Positions 45,549-55,239 of a DNA stretch of 64,000 bases are shown here, in pieces. The notes under the pieces were generated by a model. The model was not told where the DNA came from. It did no database searches and saw only the letters and a program-made list of their open reading frames with translations. A program made the position numbers and the translations under genes. The DNA comes from Candidatus Poribacteria bacterium (GTDB lineage Bacteria > Poribacteria > WGA-4E > WGA-3G): contig OZ243938.1 in NCBI GenBank assembly GCA_965214095.1, forward strand, positions 4,800,001 to 4,864,000, given 5' to 3'. Position 1 is the first letter of the stretch. Each line of letters starts with the position of its first letter.

Positions 45549-46179
45549 CAGAAGTTTAATTCCTATCAATCTATTCGTCCCAATGTTGCTGTTTGGATTC
45601 TTAACATTCGTTTATGCAGAGAATCCACCAGAAAATATCCTGAAAAACGGTGATTTTGACAATCAACTTGACCAGTGGCATCTTTGGACACACGCAAGTG
45701 CTAATGCCACCTTCCAAACAGAAGGCAGAAAAGCAGAACCTATTATCGGGGATAATGCTGCGTATATCAATATCGCCAAGGCAGGAGAGAATGTTGGTCA
45801 TATACAACTCTATCAGCAACCATTTTTCTTGGAAAAAGACACTATCTATACCTACGGTTTGTGGGCAAAAAGTGAAAAACCAAGAAACGCAACTATGCGT
45901 ATTATACATCAAGGGGCTCCTTGGAATATATACATATCACAGGTAATCAGTCTCACAGAAGCATGGAAAGAATTCTTTATCACTTTTACAATGCCTGAGG
46001 ATGACGTAAATTCACGTGCGGGTATCATCATGGGAACTGATAGAAATGATGTTTGGGTTGACCACGTCCGTCTATATAAGGGTCAGTATGTGCAGGATAT
46101 TGAAGGTGTAGAACCGCATCCTGTCGAACCTGTTGACAAATTAGTAACTACATGGGCAAATCTAAAACACCAAGAATAA
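45541..46179 (+). CDS. secreted carbohydrate-binding (CBM4/9-like) domain protein
   Basis: ATG 45541 behind AAGGAG, signal peptide, NILKNGDFD, IQLYQ, VWVDHVRLY; C-terminal VEPVDKLVTTWANLK. Confidence 0.8.
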   Translation: MTNRSLIPINLFVPMLLFGFLTFVYAENPPENILKNGDFDNQLDQWHLWTHASANATFQTEGRKAEPIIGDNAAYINIAKAGENVGHIQLYQQPFFLEKDTIYTYGLWAKSEKPRNATMRIIHQGAPWNIYISQVISLTEAWKEFFITFTMPEDDVNSRAGIIMGTDRNDVWVDHVRLYKGQYVQDIEGVEPHPVEPVDKLVTTWANLKHQE

Positions 46180-46216
46180 TTAGAATAATATTACTATTTC
46201 TATTATCCAATTACTA

Positions 46217-46756
46217 ATGTCAAAACTACACAAGGGTATAACACCCAAGTTAAGAGAATTTATAGAACAACAAAAAATGTTCTTTGTCGCAACTGCCACT
46301 GCAGACAGTCGGATTAATCTCTCGCCAAAAGGGATGGATTCGTTGCGCGTTGTAAACGCAAACCGTGTTGTGTGGTTAAACGTGACAGGCAGCGGTAATG
46401 AAACAGCAGCACACGTTCAAGAAAATCCACGGATGACACTGATGTTCACTGCATTTGAGGGTAACCCAATGATCTTACGCCTTTATGGCAATGCACAGGC
46501 TATCCACATGGATGATGCAGATTGGCAACTTCTTTATCCGTTATTTCCAGAGATTCCCGGTGCACGCCAAATATTTGATCTCAACATAGATCTTGTTCAA
46601 ACTTCGTGCGGTTTTGCTGTACCACTATACGATTATGTTGGTGAGAGGGAACAGTTAAACACATGGGCATCTAAGAAAGGAAAGAATGGGTTAAAGGAAT
46701 ATTGGAAAGAAAAGAACAAAGTCAGCCTTGATGGAAAACCCACTCACTTTGCTTAA
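46217..46756 (+). CDS. pyridoxamine 5'-phosphate oxidase-like FMN-binding protein
   Basis: MFFVATA, NLSPKG, GSGNETAAH, VQTSCGFAVP. Confidence 0.88.
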   Translation: MSKLHKGITPKLREFIEQQKMFFVATATADSRINLSPKGMDSLRVVNANRVVWLNVTGSGNETAAHVQENPRMTLMFTAFEGNPMILRLYGNAQAIHMDDADWQLLYPLFPEIPGARQIFDLNIDLVQTSCGFAVPLYDYVGEREQLNTWASKKGKNGLKEYWKEKNKVSLDGKPTHFA

Positions 46757-46817
46757 CAGTTACAACTACAACAATCTGGTTTACAAAAAATATCAGCAAA
46801 CGCCAAACTAACACAAA

Positions 46818-49421
46818 ATGAAATCATACCTTATTACAATCATCCTCCTTTCTATAACACTACTACCTTTAGTCCAAGCCCTTCCACCTGATGCAGAACT
46901 ACAAAGTGCAATTCAAACAGCCCGAAGTTTTAAGCCACTTAAGCCAAGGTATACTACAGATGATATTATGGAATGTGCGACCGATAGTTTTGTCACCATA
47001 GCGAAAAACTGGCACAACCTTCCTCTAAAATATCGCGAGGAACTGAAACCGATTTTCCTACGGCCAGGACTTCCCGGGAGTTTCTTTGGTGATATTGAAC
47101 TGTTAGAAAAATTCAACACGCCACACTTCAAGTTGCATTATACCCGAATCGGCCCCCATGCACCCCCACTTGAAGACTTTCACCCACGCAACGGAGTACC
47201 CGATTATATCGACCTATGTGCAGACGCTATGGAACGTGCATATCATGTCCAAATTGACTTGATGAATTTCAAAAAACCTTACATAGATTATTGGGCAGCA
47301 CAAAACGGTGGAAATCACAAAATGGATGTGTATCTCTTTACCTTCCCTGCTCTCGGAATCACAACTGCTGACTGGTTTGAAGGTCGCGTGTTGTCTACTG
47401 CTCTAACAATCGCACCATACTTCATGATCAACTCTCGCATCTACGATTACGTTGGAAAATTGGAGGGTATCCGATATCTTGAAACAACTTGTGCCCACGA
47501 ATTCCTGCACGGCATTCAGTTTGCATATAACGCATACATGCCGACATGGTTCATGGAAGCATCCGCAACGTGGATTGAAGTCATGACCTACGATGGTGGG
47601 GTTATTGATGATGGTGATAATATCCCTGACCCTGATGAACCAAACGAAACAAATTCATATAACTATTATATACATCAACTCCGCCGTTGGTTTAACATTC
47701 CAGATATTTCACTTGAAAGCCGCATCGGTGACCACGAATACGGTTCAGTTATTTGGTCTCTTTATATGGCAGAAAGGTTTGGTTACGATACCATTCGTCA
47801 ACTCTTTGCAAACGCTACCGATGGCAGCTATCGGGAATTCGGTAATTTCTATGATGTCTTTACAGACAACGGCACGACACTTGCTGAAGCGTTCAAGACC
47901 TTCACTGTATGGAATTATTTTACATACAACCGTGCTTATACTGGCACAGAAATAACAGGATATAGGAATGCAGAACGGTTTCCACCTGTTGCAATTCATC
48001 CAAATGATGTACACAACACCTACCCGGTTCGTAAAGATTTTGATTCAGAATCTATGCCTGAACATTTTTCATCAAGATATTTTGTCTTTCGTCCAACTGG
48101 AATTATGCCAGAATTTGCTATAAAGATTGACGGGGCAGACCTTGCTCCGATTGATATGAATCAACTGACAATCAGTGACCGTATAAGAATAGATAACGAA
48201 CTCAGCAGACATACTAATTTAGGTTTGCGCGGATGGGCTGCCAAATTTATCGTCAAAAAAAGTAACGGTACTACAGTAATTAAAGAGGCGTTCACTTTTC
48301 AGAAATCTCAAGAAGCACAGATGACATTCAAAGATTTCGGTGGCGATATCAAGGAGATTACGCTTGTTCTTATCAATATGCATCCCGATGTTGAACAAGT
48401 AGTTGTTCCGGGTGGAACATTCGGTGGTTCAGTCAGTTGTATGGCAGGTGTTCCACCAAAAGGTCAAATCTCTAACGCTGAAGTTAGACAAGGGAGTAGA
48501 GGTCCTATCATATCTTGGTCAATTGACGACACAACCGACATTCAGCAAGTTGTCATTGTTAGAAAACGGTATGAAATTATCACTGAAACTGACACACCAC
48601 AACCTTTTCAATCAGATGATGAGGTGCGGGCTGCTGTTGATAGCAACGGGGATGGTATAGCCGAAAATGACATCAGCATTGTTGGAAGAGTCAATATTAC
48701 ACAAACACAGTTTGAAGATACAACAGTATTCCAAGATATTGATCTTGACTTTACTGAACCGAACGACGTTCATTACTATTATGCAGTAATACCTGTAGAC
48801 GCAACAGGTATCATGGGAGCACCAAGTATTGTTCCAAACAGCATTACACCTGCTGTGGATACTGCAAACGGATCCCCATCATTCTTCATTAAGACAGAAC
48901 CTGTCCGCACAGGTCAATGGCAAGTTGACGTGCAAAGCACACACCCATTGCAAAGTGCACCACAATTAACTATAGAAAGTCCAAGTAGAAACAACTATGC
49001 CATTGTTCTGACACAAGAAACAGCAACAAAATGGAGTGGCACGTACCATACAAACGGATTTCCACAAACAGGCACCTATCTCTATCATATTAGTGGGATA
49101 ACTCCTGATGGTATAACAGGAAATCAGATATGGCAGGGAAAAATCTTCAACTATATAGCAAACAACACAAATCGCAACGTAATGGTTACGCCAAATCCTA
49201 TACATGCAGGAGATGGAAACCAACATGCTACTTTTTTACCAAACGGACTTACTATTGAAATCTACGATGTCACTGGTAACAGGATTAAGGTAATTGAAAA
49301 TGCATCAAACTGGGATTGCACAAACCAAAACGGTGAAAAAGTCTGTGCAGGATTATACTTTTACCGTGCTACCGACGGCAACGGCTTCCTATCTACCGGA
49401 AAGTTCTCTGTGGTGAAATGA
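46818..49421 (+). CDS. secreted zincin-like metallopeptidase with C-terminal sorting-like domain
   Basis: signal peptide, AHEFLHGIQ followed by WFMEASATW, C-terminal PNP...IYDVTGNRI...WD..NQNG..AGLYFY. Confidence 0.8.
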   Translation: MKSYLITIILLSITLLPLVQALPPDAELQSAIQTARSFKPLKPRYTTDDIMECATDSFVTIAKNWHNLPLKYREELKPIFLRPGLPGSFFGDIELLEKFNTPHFKLHYTRIGPHAPPLEDFHPRNGVPDYIDLCADAMERAYHVQIDLMNFKKPYIDYWAAQNGGNHKMDVYLFTFPALGITTADWFEGRVLSTALTIAPYFMINSRIYDYVGKLEGIRYLETTCAHEFLHGIQFAYNAYMPTWFMEASATWIEVMTYDGGVIDDGDNIPDPDEPNETNSYNYYIHQLRRWFNIPDISLESRIGDHEYGSVIWSLYMAERFGYDTIRQLFANATDGSYREFGNFYDVFTDNGTTLAEAFKTFTVWNYFTYNRAYTGTEITGYRNAERFPPVAIHPNDVHNTYPVRKDFDSESMPEHFSSRYFVFRPTGIMPEFAIKIDGADLAPIDMNQLTISDRIRIDNELSRHTNLGLRGWAAKFIVKKSNGTTVIKEAFTFQKSQEAQMTFKDFGGDIKEITLVLINMHPDVEQVVVPGGTFGGSVSCMAGVPPKGQISNAEVRQGSRGPIISWSIDDTTDIQQVVIVRKRYEIITETDTPQPFQSDDEVRAAVDSNGDGIAENDISIVGRVNITQTQFEDTTVFQDIDLDFTEPNDVHYYYAVIPVDATGIMGAPSIVPNSITPAVDTANGSPSFFIKTEPVRTGQWQVDVQSTHPLQSAPQLTIESPSRNNYAIVLTQETATKWSGTYHTNGFPQTGTYLYHISGITPDGITGNQIWQGKIFNYIANNTNRNVMVTPNPIHAGDGNQHATFLPNGLTIEIYDVTGNRIKVIENASNWDCTNQNGEKVCAGLYFYRATDGNGFLSTGKFSVVK

Positions 49422-50254
49422 TGAAGTATTCTTTGTTAAAAACCTTTTGCTGTGTTTCCATCATCTTACTACTGTCTATTGTAGGATGCAGCGAAGAAGG
49501 TTTGATTGACCCGCACGGTGAAACCAAACTAACACCACCTAATACATCAGGAACGTTACAAGCCATAGATTTTCCTACCGACACAGGTTCGGCATGGACA
49601 TACATAAATACCAACACTGAGAAGGAATTTACCGTTCGTGTTAGAGGGACGCGGGATATTAGTGGTACAACGCACCGTCAACTGACTATTAGCACAATTA
49701 CTCCTGTTGAACCAGATGAAGTCAACCTTGTGACAGTAGACCACTTGGCTGCAAATGCATTCTATTTCCGAACAGACACCGATTTTTTCAATGGATTCCC
49801 ATTCCCAATAATCGCAACATACATCAACAAAACACCACAAGGAATCGTTGAATCTGCCTTTGATGTATTTCTACCTATTCAAAATCCAGTGTTTCACCAA
49901 AAGCACTTTCCTGAACGGCGTTTATGGGACTTCCCGCTGGAAGTCGGTAAGGAATGGACGGTGTTTGATAAAACTGCTGGGAATCCAGTATCAGCCACTC
50001 GGTTTGTCGCTGAGAAGGATGTTATTACCGTGCCTGCTGGCACTTACAGCACTTATGTCGTCTACGAGGAAGTGATTTACGGCGACATCGAAGCACCGAC
50101 AATTCGTCTGATTAGTCCTCCTGCAGTCTATTGGGTTGCACCTTCAGTAGGTGTCGTGCAATATAGGTTCAGTCGCTATCGTGCTACGGAAACATTTCAA
50201 ACTGAGACATATCAACTCAAAAGTGTTCACCTTCCCGGTCCTTTTACAGACTGA
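49418..50254 (+). CDS. putative lipoprotein
   Basis: lipobox IVGC; FPLEVGKEW, ITVPAGTY, YWVAPSVGVV. Confidence 0.75.
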   Translation: MMKYSLLKTFCCVSIILLLSIVGCSEEGLIDPHGETKLTPPNTSGTLQAIDFPTDTGSAWTYINTNTEKEFTVRVRGTRDISGTTHRQLTISTITPVEPDEVNLVTVDHLAANAFYFRTDTDFFNGFPFPIIATYINKTPQGIVESAFDVFLPIQNPVFHQKHFPERRLWDFPLEVGKEWTVFDKTAGNPVSATRFVAEKDVITVPAGTYSTYVVYEEVIYGDIEAPTIRLISPPAVYWVAPSVGVVQYRFSRYRATETFQTETYQLKSVHLPGPFTD

Positions 50255-50261
50255 CACAGAT

Positions 50262-51482
50262 ATGAAAACACTTGCCCATCGGAATATCCCTATAACTATA
50301 ATCGGTGGTGGAATCCACGGTTGTTCAATTGCACTACGACTGCTACGGGTCATGCCTAACGCAGCACCACACATTGCAATCATTGACCAGCACCCTTTCC
50401 CACTGACTCAATGGAGAAACAAAACAGAACGTCAAGGCATGACATATCTACGATCACCTGCAGTACATCATATATCCAACGAGCCGTTAGGTATTGTTGA
50501 ATACGCAGAAAAGCATAACCGAACAAAGGAATTAGCTCCTCCATATTCACAGCCTTCAACCGAACTCTTTTGGGATTACTGTAAAGATGCACTATCAGAG
50601 ATAAGAAAACATCCTATATTCTATCAATTTGATGTGGAGAAGTTGCGATGGGACAAAGGAGCAGGTAAGTATCCTTTCCGCCTAATATCAAACGGAAATA
50701 TTGGATTTCGAAGCAGTTGTGTTATTCTGGCAATCGGTTCTGATGATTGCACCTACATACCACCAGAGTATACTGAATGGATGCTAAGTTATCCTGACAA
50801 AATTGTTCATGCATCTCAATTCTCTGTGAACTGTGAATTAAGTAAAAAAGAGGGTGAAAAGTATTTAATTGTTGGGGGTGGATTGACCACAGGAACTCTG
50901 GCAAAAAGTCTAAGTGAACGCGGACATCAGGTAGTGTTGATTGCACGAAAACAGTTGAAGACAGAACAGTTCGATTTTCCACCTATCTGGTTAGGTCCCA
51001 AAGCACTCACTGAATTTGCTAATGAACCCGATTTTCAACGGCGGTTTCAGATTATCCAAGAGAATAGAGGAGAAGGCAGCATTACTCCTGATATAATGGA
51101 GTCACTCAAGAATGCTACAAATGTTGATTTCTATCCTGAGACTTTAGTTCAAAATATCCGACAAACAGATAGTGATAATTTACAAGTTGAAACAACTCGT
51201 GAACTTATCCCAAATGTATCTCGTGTTATTCTTGCAACAGGATATAGATTCAATCTACGTAGTTACGGCTTTATGAGAACATTACTGAAGCAGTATCCGG
51301 TTGATATAATCTGTGGACTACCTAAACTGGACAAAGATTTACAATTCTATCCGATTGAAAACCTATTTGGCACAGGAACCATTGCTCAACTACAAATCGG
51401 ACCTGCTTCAGGAAACATCGCAGGTGCCAGTCTTGCTTATGAACGTTTTCGTGATAAACTATTCGCGAAATTGCCAAAGTGA
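50262..51482 (+). CDS. FAD/NAD(P)-binding oxidoreductase (flavin monooxygenase-like)
   Basis: IIGGGIHG, IVGGGLTT, ILATGY; ATG 50262. Confidence 0.82.
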   Translation: MKTLAHRNIPITIIGGGIHGCSIALRLLRVMPNAAPHIAIIDQHPFPLTQWRNKTERQGMTYLRSPAVHHISNEPLGIVEYAEKHNRTKELAPPYSQPSTELFWDYCKDALSEIRKHPIFYQFDVEKLRWDKGAGKYPFRLISNGNIGFRSSCVILAIGSDDCTYIPPEYTEWMLSYPDKIVHASQFSVNCELSKKEGEKYLIVGGGLTTGTLAKSLSERGHQVVLIARKQLKTEQFDFPPIWLGPKALTEFANEPDFQRRFQIIQENRGEGSITPDIMESLKNATNVDFYPETLVQNIRQTDSDNLQVETTRELIPNVSRVILATGYRFNLRSYGFMRTLLKQYPVDIICGLPKLDKDLQFYPIENLFGTGTIAQLQIGPASGNIAGASLAYERFRDKLFAKLPK

Positions 51483-51494
51483 TTCAAGTGTACA

Positions 51495-51689
51495 TTATAG
51501 TAAAAACCATAATTATTTACACATTACGGTAAGTTCGGTTTCCTAACCGATATAGTAAAAACCATAATTATTTACACATTACGGTAGGTTCGGTTTCCTA
51601 ACCGAACCGGTGTTTGTTCAGCCTCATAGATGCGGTTAGGAAACCGCATCTACCGGGGAGTGTGCACGTGTTTTTACATTTCACTATAA
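51495..51689. mobile_element. MITE-like element family 1 copy with its left 55 bp tandemly duplicated
   Basis: 51496-51550 equals 51551-51605 with one mismatch; full element 51551-51689. Confidence 0.85.
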
Positions 51690-51690
51690 A

Positions 51691-51717
51691 TGGAACGGTT
51701 TTGAAACCGCTCCTACC
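51691..51717 (-). repeat. GTAG REP variant
   Basis: minus strand GGTAGGAGCGGTTTCAAAACCGTTCCA hairpin next to the MITE. Confidence 0.7.
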
Positions 51718-51737
51718 GAAGAGAAACAATATAGGAA

Positions 51738-52613
51738 TTACCCTGTGATAGCATACGCAACAACATTCATACCTTGCTCAAATGCCCAACTTCGTTGCTC
51801 AATTCCACCTGGATCACATGGTCTGCCTTCCCATGCACAATTCATATCATTGGGGCAGAAGTAGACCATCACCCTATCTTCATCCATGATTGCTTGATCA
51901 TATTCATAACCCCGAATTAGTTTATCTCCACCGAGATATTCGTTATGGTCGTAGAGTGTGTGATAGATTGAATGGCTGATGTCAAGTCGTTCAAACTTCT
52001 TTTCAGGATAAATTCGTCTCATCATAATTTGGATCTGAGGCCAAAAGTTTGCATAGCGGATGTCACAATCTTCAACGTGGAGAAAACCCCCGCGTTCAAA
52101 ATATTCTCTCAATTTGCGTATATGTGTATCAGTGAGTCTCATTTGTGCGCGTCTGCCGTGGCCTGTCATAAATATAAAAGGATAAGAATATAACCAGTCA
52201 TCATCAATGTCTACATATTGCGGGTGTCTACGCAAATTTACATTGATTGAAGTATTCTCTTCAAGGACCTGTGAGAACTTAAGGTCCGATTTCCACCGAT
52301 AATGATTTACGATATTCGTCCACCAATCACCACCAGGATATTTTAGACGGACGAAGGTGAACTTTTCACCTGTTGGATCCATTCCCGGATGATTATGTTC
52401 AATTATATCACGAGTGCCGTATCTTGTAGAATAATGAATATCACGAGTAGCATCGTAAGGGATATATTCTCCAAACTGTGATTGTGCATCAGCGGAGTTG
52501 AGTAATCCACCCGCAGCAACAGCAGAGGTAGCAAGTCCAATGGAACTTTTGATAAATGCACGACGCGAGAATGTGCGGATTGTTTTGTCGGTTTGATTGC
52601 GGTCAATTGACAT
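51738..52613 (-). CDS. Tat-exported DUF4159 family protein
   Basis: SRRAFIK twin-arginine signal; FTFVRLKY, YPFIFMTGH, LREYFERGGFL. Confidence 0.82.
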   Translation of the reverse strand: MSIDRNQTDKTIRTFSRRAFIKSSIGLATSAVAAGGLLNSADAQSQFGEYIPYDATRDIHYSTRYGTRDIIEHNHPGMDPTGEKFTFVRLKYPGGDWWTNIVNHYRWKSDLKFSQVLEENTSINVNLRRHPQYVDIDDDWLYSYPFIFMTGHGRRAQMRLTDTHIRKLREYFERGGFLHVEDCDIRYANFWPQIQIMMRRIYPEKKFERLDISHSIYHTLYDHNEYLGGDKLIRGYEYDQAIMDEDRVMVYFCPNDMNCAWEGRPCDPGGIEQRSWAFEQGMNVVAYAITG

Positions 52614-52640
52614 GTCCTTGTCCTCCTAAAAATATATATC

Positions 52641-54248
52641 TTAATACGGTTTACCCAATAATTCAAATGTAACGCTTTGTGCTGCACCACCTTGCATCTT
52701 CGTAGAAGATCGAGTGCTTGCAATAGCACGAATTCTGTGGTTTTTGATACCGGCATCCTTTAGTGCCTTAGCTGCTGCTTCTGCACGTTGTGTTGCAAGA
52801 AGTTTATTTGCAGTGGGGTCACCCTCTTTACGCGTGTGTCCAACAACTCTAAGATAATACTGTGGAAACGACTTCAGTTTTGATGCAATGTCAGTCAATG
52901 CTCTTTTACTACCGGGTAGAATACGCGCATTGCCGCGACCGAATTGTATCGGTTCTATCTTCATTGCAGCGACAGGTGCAAGTGTGGTCCAATTGTCATC
53001 AGAAAGTGGATTCAATGCAACTTCTTCACGCACTTCCTCTTCTGCAACATTTGATGTGTCAACAAGAATACCCTCTAAGCCACCTGCACCATTAGGGTTC
53101 AGTACACCCGGATGAAAATCATCGGTGCGGAGTGAACGTAATATGCCTTCAAAGAAAAGATTACCATAATTCCCTGAGAATGGGTCCGACGCAATGGATT
53201 TAGTCTTGACCAGAACTTGCATTATCTTGCCAATCATAATCTCAAGTTTCTCAGAATCTTTCGCTGCATTCCCAGAGATAATGCCAAAATGTGCGTAATT
53301 CTCAACAGTGTTTCGCCATTCTATTCCTTTTACTAACTGACTCGCTTCATTGCTGTTGAGTTTATCACCATATAGTTTTGCATCAGATTCAATCAAGGAT
53401 AATAAGCCTTCTGATTGATTTGAATAGTCGTAGTTTGCGCGAAGATACGCCTGTACTATATGTGTGACAAGTTCGCGTTGTGAGTCTAAAAACTCACGTT
53501 GAACGACTAATACATCAACGATATACCCTTTCAGTTTTGAACTATCTAAGAGCAGGTGCACGCCATCAATTGCAAGTGCTTTGGTAACATAAGGCTCCCA
53601 TAAAACATAGGCAGCAGGCTGACCTGGATCAGCAGACTTAAGTTTTTTATACACATCTTCTGCACCATTTGCATCGGATGCCCAAGATGCAGGTAGACTT
53701 GGAAGACTCATCGTATTAATCATAATCCGAGCGAGAGTTTCACTCGGAGAATCTGGTGTCAACACGATACGCGCCTTCGGATTGCTCAAATTCGGGATGC
53801 TGGGTACGCCCCGTTTGTGTGCAACGATTGCATCAGCCCCTTTTGATTCATCTATGACGAGTACGATTGAACCGGGAAAGTCACCGATAACACTACCCGC
53901 TTTAAGATATGCATCAATGGTAAAGACCGCCATCTGAACTTTACCACTTTTCAGGTCGCGTGCTCTACGGACATAATCGGCTTTATCGTCTACAAAGGTG
54001 AGTTTAATCGCCTGACGACCAAGCAGATTCTTCACAGCATCAGACCGAAGTATAGCATAACCGGGAAAGGAGTCGTGTGCAACTCTAATCTCATGATCAT
54101 ATTTCTGTGTGCCGGTGTCCTGAACAAGTTTATCTCGTCTACCACCAAGACGGGGTTCAACAACAAACTTGTAGACAAGTCCTAAAATACCAATGATAAT
54201 CAGCCAACTTGCCACCATGACCATTCTGCTTTTTGTTTTCGCTTCCAT
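52641..54248 (-). CDS. membrane-anchored periplasmic-binding-protein + OmpA-like domain fusion
   Basis: N-terminal TM, DESKGADAIV, LWEPYV, IVDVLVV (NMT1/SsuA-like); C-terminal IQF..G...VVGHT...LATQRAEA. Confidence 0.82.
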   Translation of the reverse strand: MEAKTKSRMVMVASWLIIIGILGLVYKFVVEPRLGGRRDKLVQDTGTQKYDHEIRVAHDSFPGYAILRSDAVKNLLGRQAIKLTFVDDKADYVRRARDLKSGKVQMAVFTIDAYLKAGSVIGDFPGSIVLVIDESKGADAIVAHKRGVPSIPNLSNPKARIVLTPDSPSETLARIMINTMSLPSLPASWASDANGAEDVYKKLKSADPGQPAAYVLWEPYVTKALAIDGVHLLLDSSKLKGYIVDVLVVQREFLDSQRELVTHIVQAYLRANYDYSNQSEGLLSLIESDAKLYGDKLNSNEASQLVKGIEWRNTVENYAHFGIISGNAAKDSEKLEIMIGKIMQVLVKTKSIASDPFSGNYGNLFFEGILRSLRTDDFHPGVLNPNGAGGLEGILVDTSNVAEEEVREEVALNPLSDDNWTTLAPVAAMKIEPIQFGRGNARILPGSKRALTDIASKLKSFPQYYLRVVGHTRKEGDPTANKLLATQRAEAAAKALKDAGIKNHRIRAIASTRSSTKMQGGAAQSVTFELLGKPY

Positions 54249-54287
54249 CTCTATATTCCTTATCGCATTCTAAGTTGTAATGATCGA

Positions 54288-55217
54288 CTACAATTTTCCC
54301 ATACGCTTAAAAATCAAAAACCCACCAATAACGACTATGAGACCTATTAGAATCCAGATATTGTTATTACCACTGCTTTGTTGGTCAGGTTGCTGTATCG
54401 GTTGTTGAGGTGTTTGTGTTGATGGCTTTTGCGGTTGCGAGGGTGTTTTTCTTATATTAGTCGTAGTGATTGCAGTATTACTGGGTGCCATCGTAATCCG
54501 TTGAATAAGGTCCATAGCAATTTCTTCTGAGAGAGGTGCAATGTCTTCATAAGCATCTTCTCCATCAAGGTCTGTTCCAGTTCCCCCCGTTTCGGCAAGG
54601 ATCTCTGTTACTGCTGCAACGAGTTCACCCGGGTTGTCTGCTCTACGATAACTATCAGCATCTTTTGCCAACAGATGATCGGTCTGCATATCAACACCTA
54701 TCACATCAACACGAATCTGTCTGTCCAGAATTTCCGGTGTATATTGGGCAACTTTTTCCTCGTCTTGTGCCCTACCGTCTGTAACAATCAACAACCGATA
54801 ATTTCCATAGTTATACTGTTTTTCTCTCTGTTCAAGCAGTCTATTCGTCCCGATACGCATATATTGTCCCAGTGGAGTACCGCCACCTGGTTGTGGTAAT
54901 TCAATCGCCGCTAACAGTTGCTCTGTATTCTTCGGTCCAAGTGGATATACCCAATCATTCTGGACGTTACTTCCGCTGAAAACAAGTAAACCGATATGGG
55001 TATTTTCTGGAACTTTAGATAGGACTTCCTTAAGTGCTTCTTTAGCAGCGTCCATCTTTGACTTTGATTGATCTGCACGAAACTTCTCATTCATTGAACC
55101 GGATGCATCAAGAATAATGATAATATTGTCGGTATGAAGGTCAGATTCCCCATTACCAATCTGAATAATTGTGAATACCGAGAGAACAATAAGACACGAT
55201 ACGATGAAATGTTTCAC
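54288..55217 (-). CDS. VWA domain protein with signal peptide and C-terminal membrane anchor
   Basis: MIDAS DASGSM, GGTPL, IVTDG; Pro/Gln linker, TM helix and basic tail. Confidence 0.88.
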   Translation of the reverse strand: MKHFIVSCLIVLSVFTIIQIGNGESDLHTDNIIIILDASGSMNEKFRADQSKSKMDAAKEALKEVLSKVPENTHIGLLVFSGSNVQNDWVYPLGPKNTEQLLAAIELPQPGGGTPLGQYMRIGTNRLLEQREKQYNYGNYRLLIVTDGRAQDEEKVAQYTPEILDRQIRVDVIGVDMQTDHLLAKDADSYRRADNPGELVAAVTEILAETGGTGTDLDGEDAYEDIAPLSEEIAMDLIQRITMAPSNTAITTTNIRKTPSQPQKPSTQTPQQPIQQPDQQSSGNNNIWILIGLIVVIGGFLIFKRMGKL

Positions 55218-55239
55218 AATCGGCTCCTATATAAAAGGA

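Noticed and set aside
51495-51717. CRISPR array from repeated palindromic units
   Set aside because: No regular repeat-spacer periodicity and no cas genes; the units are dispersed REP/MITE copies.
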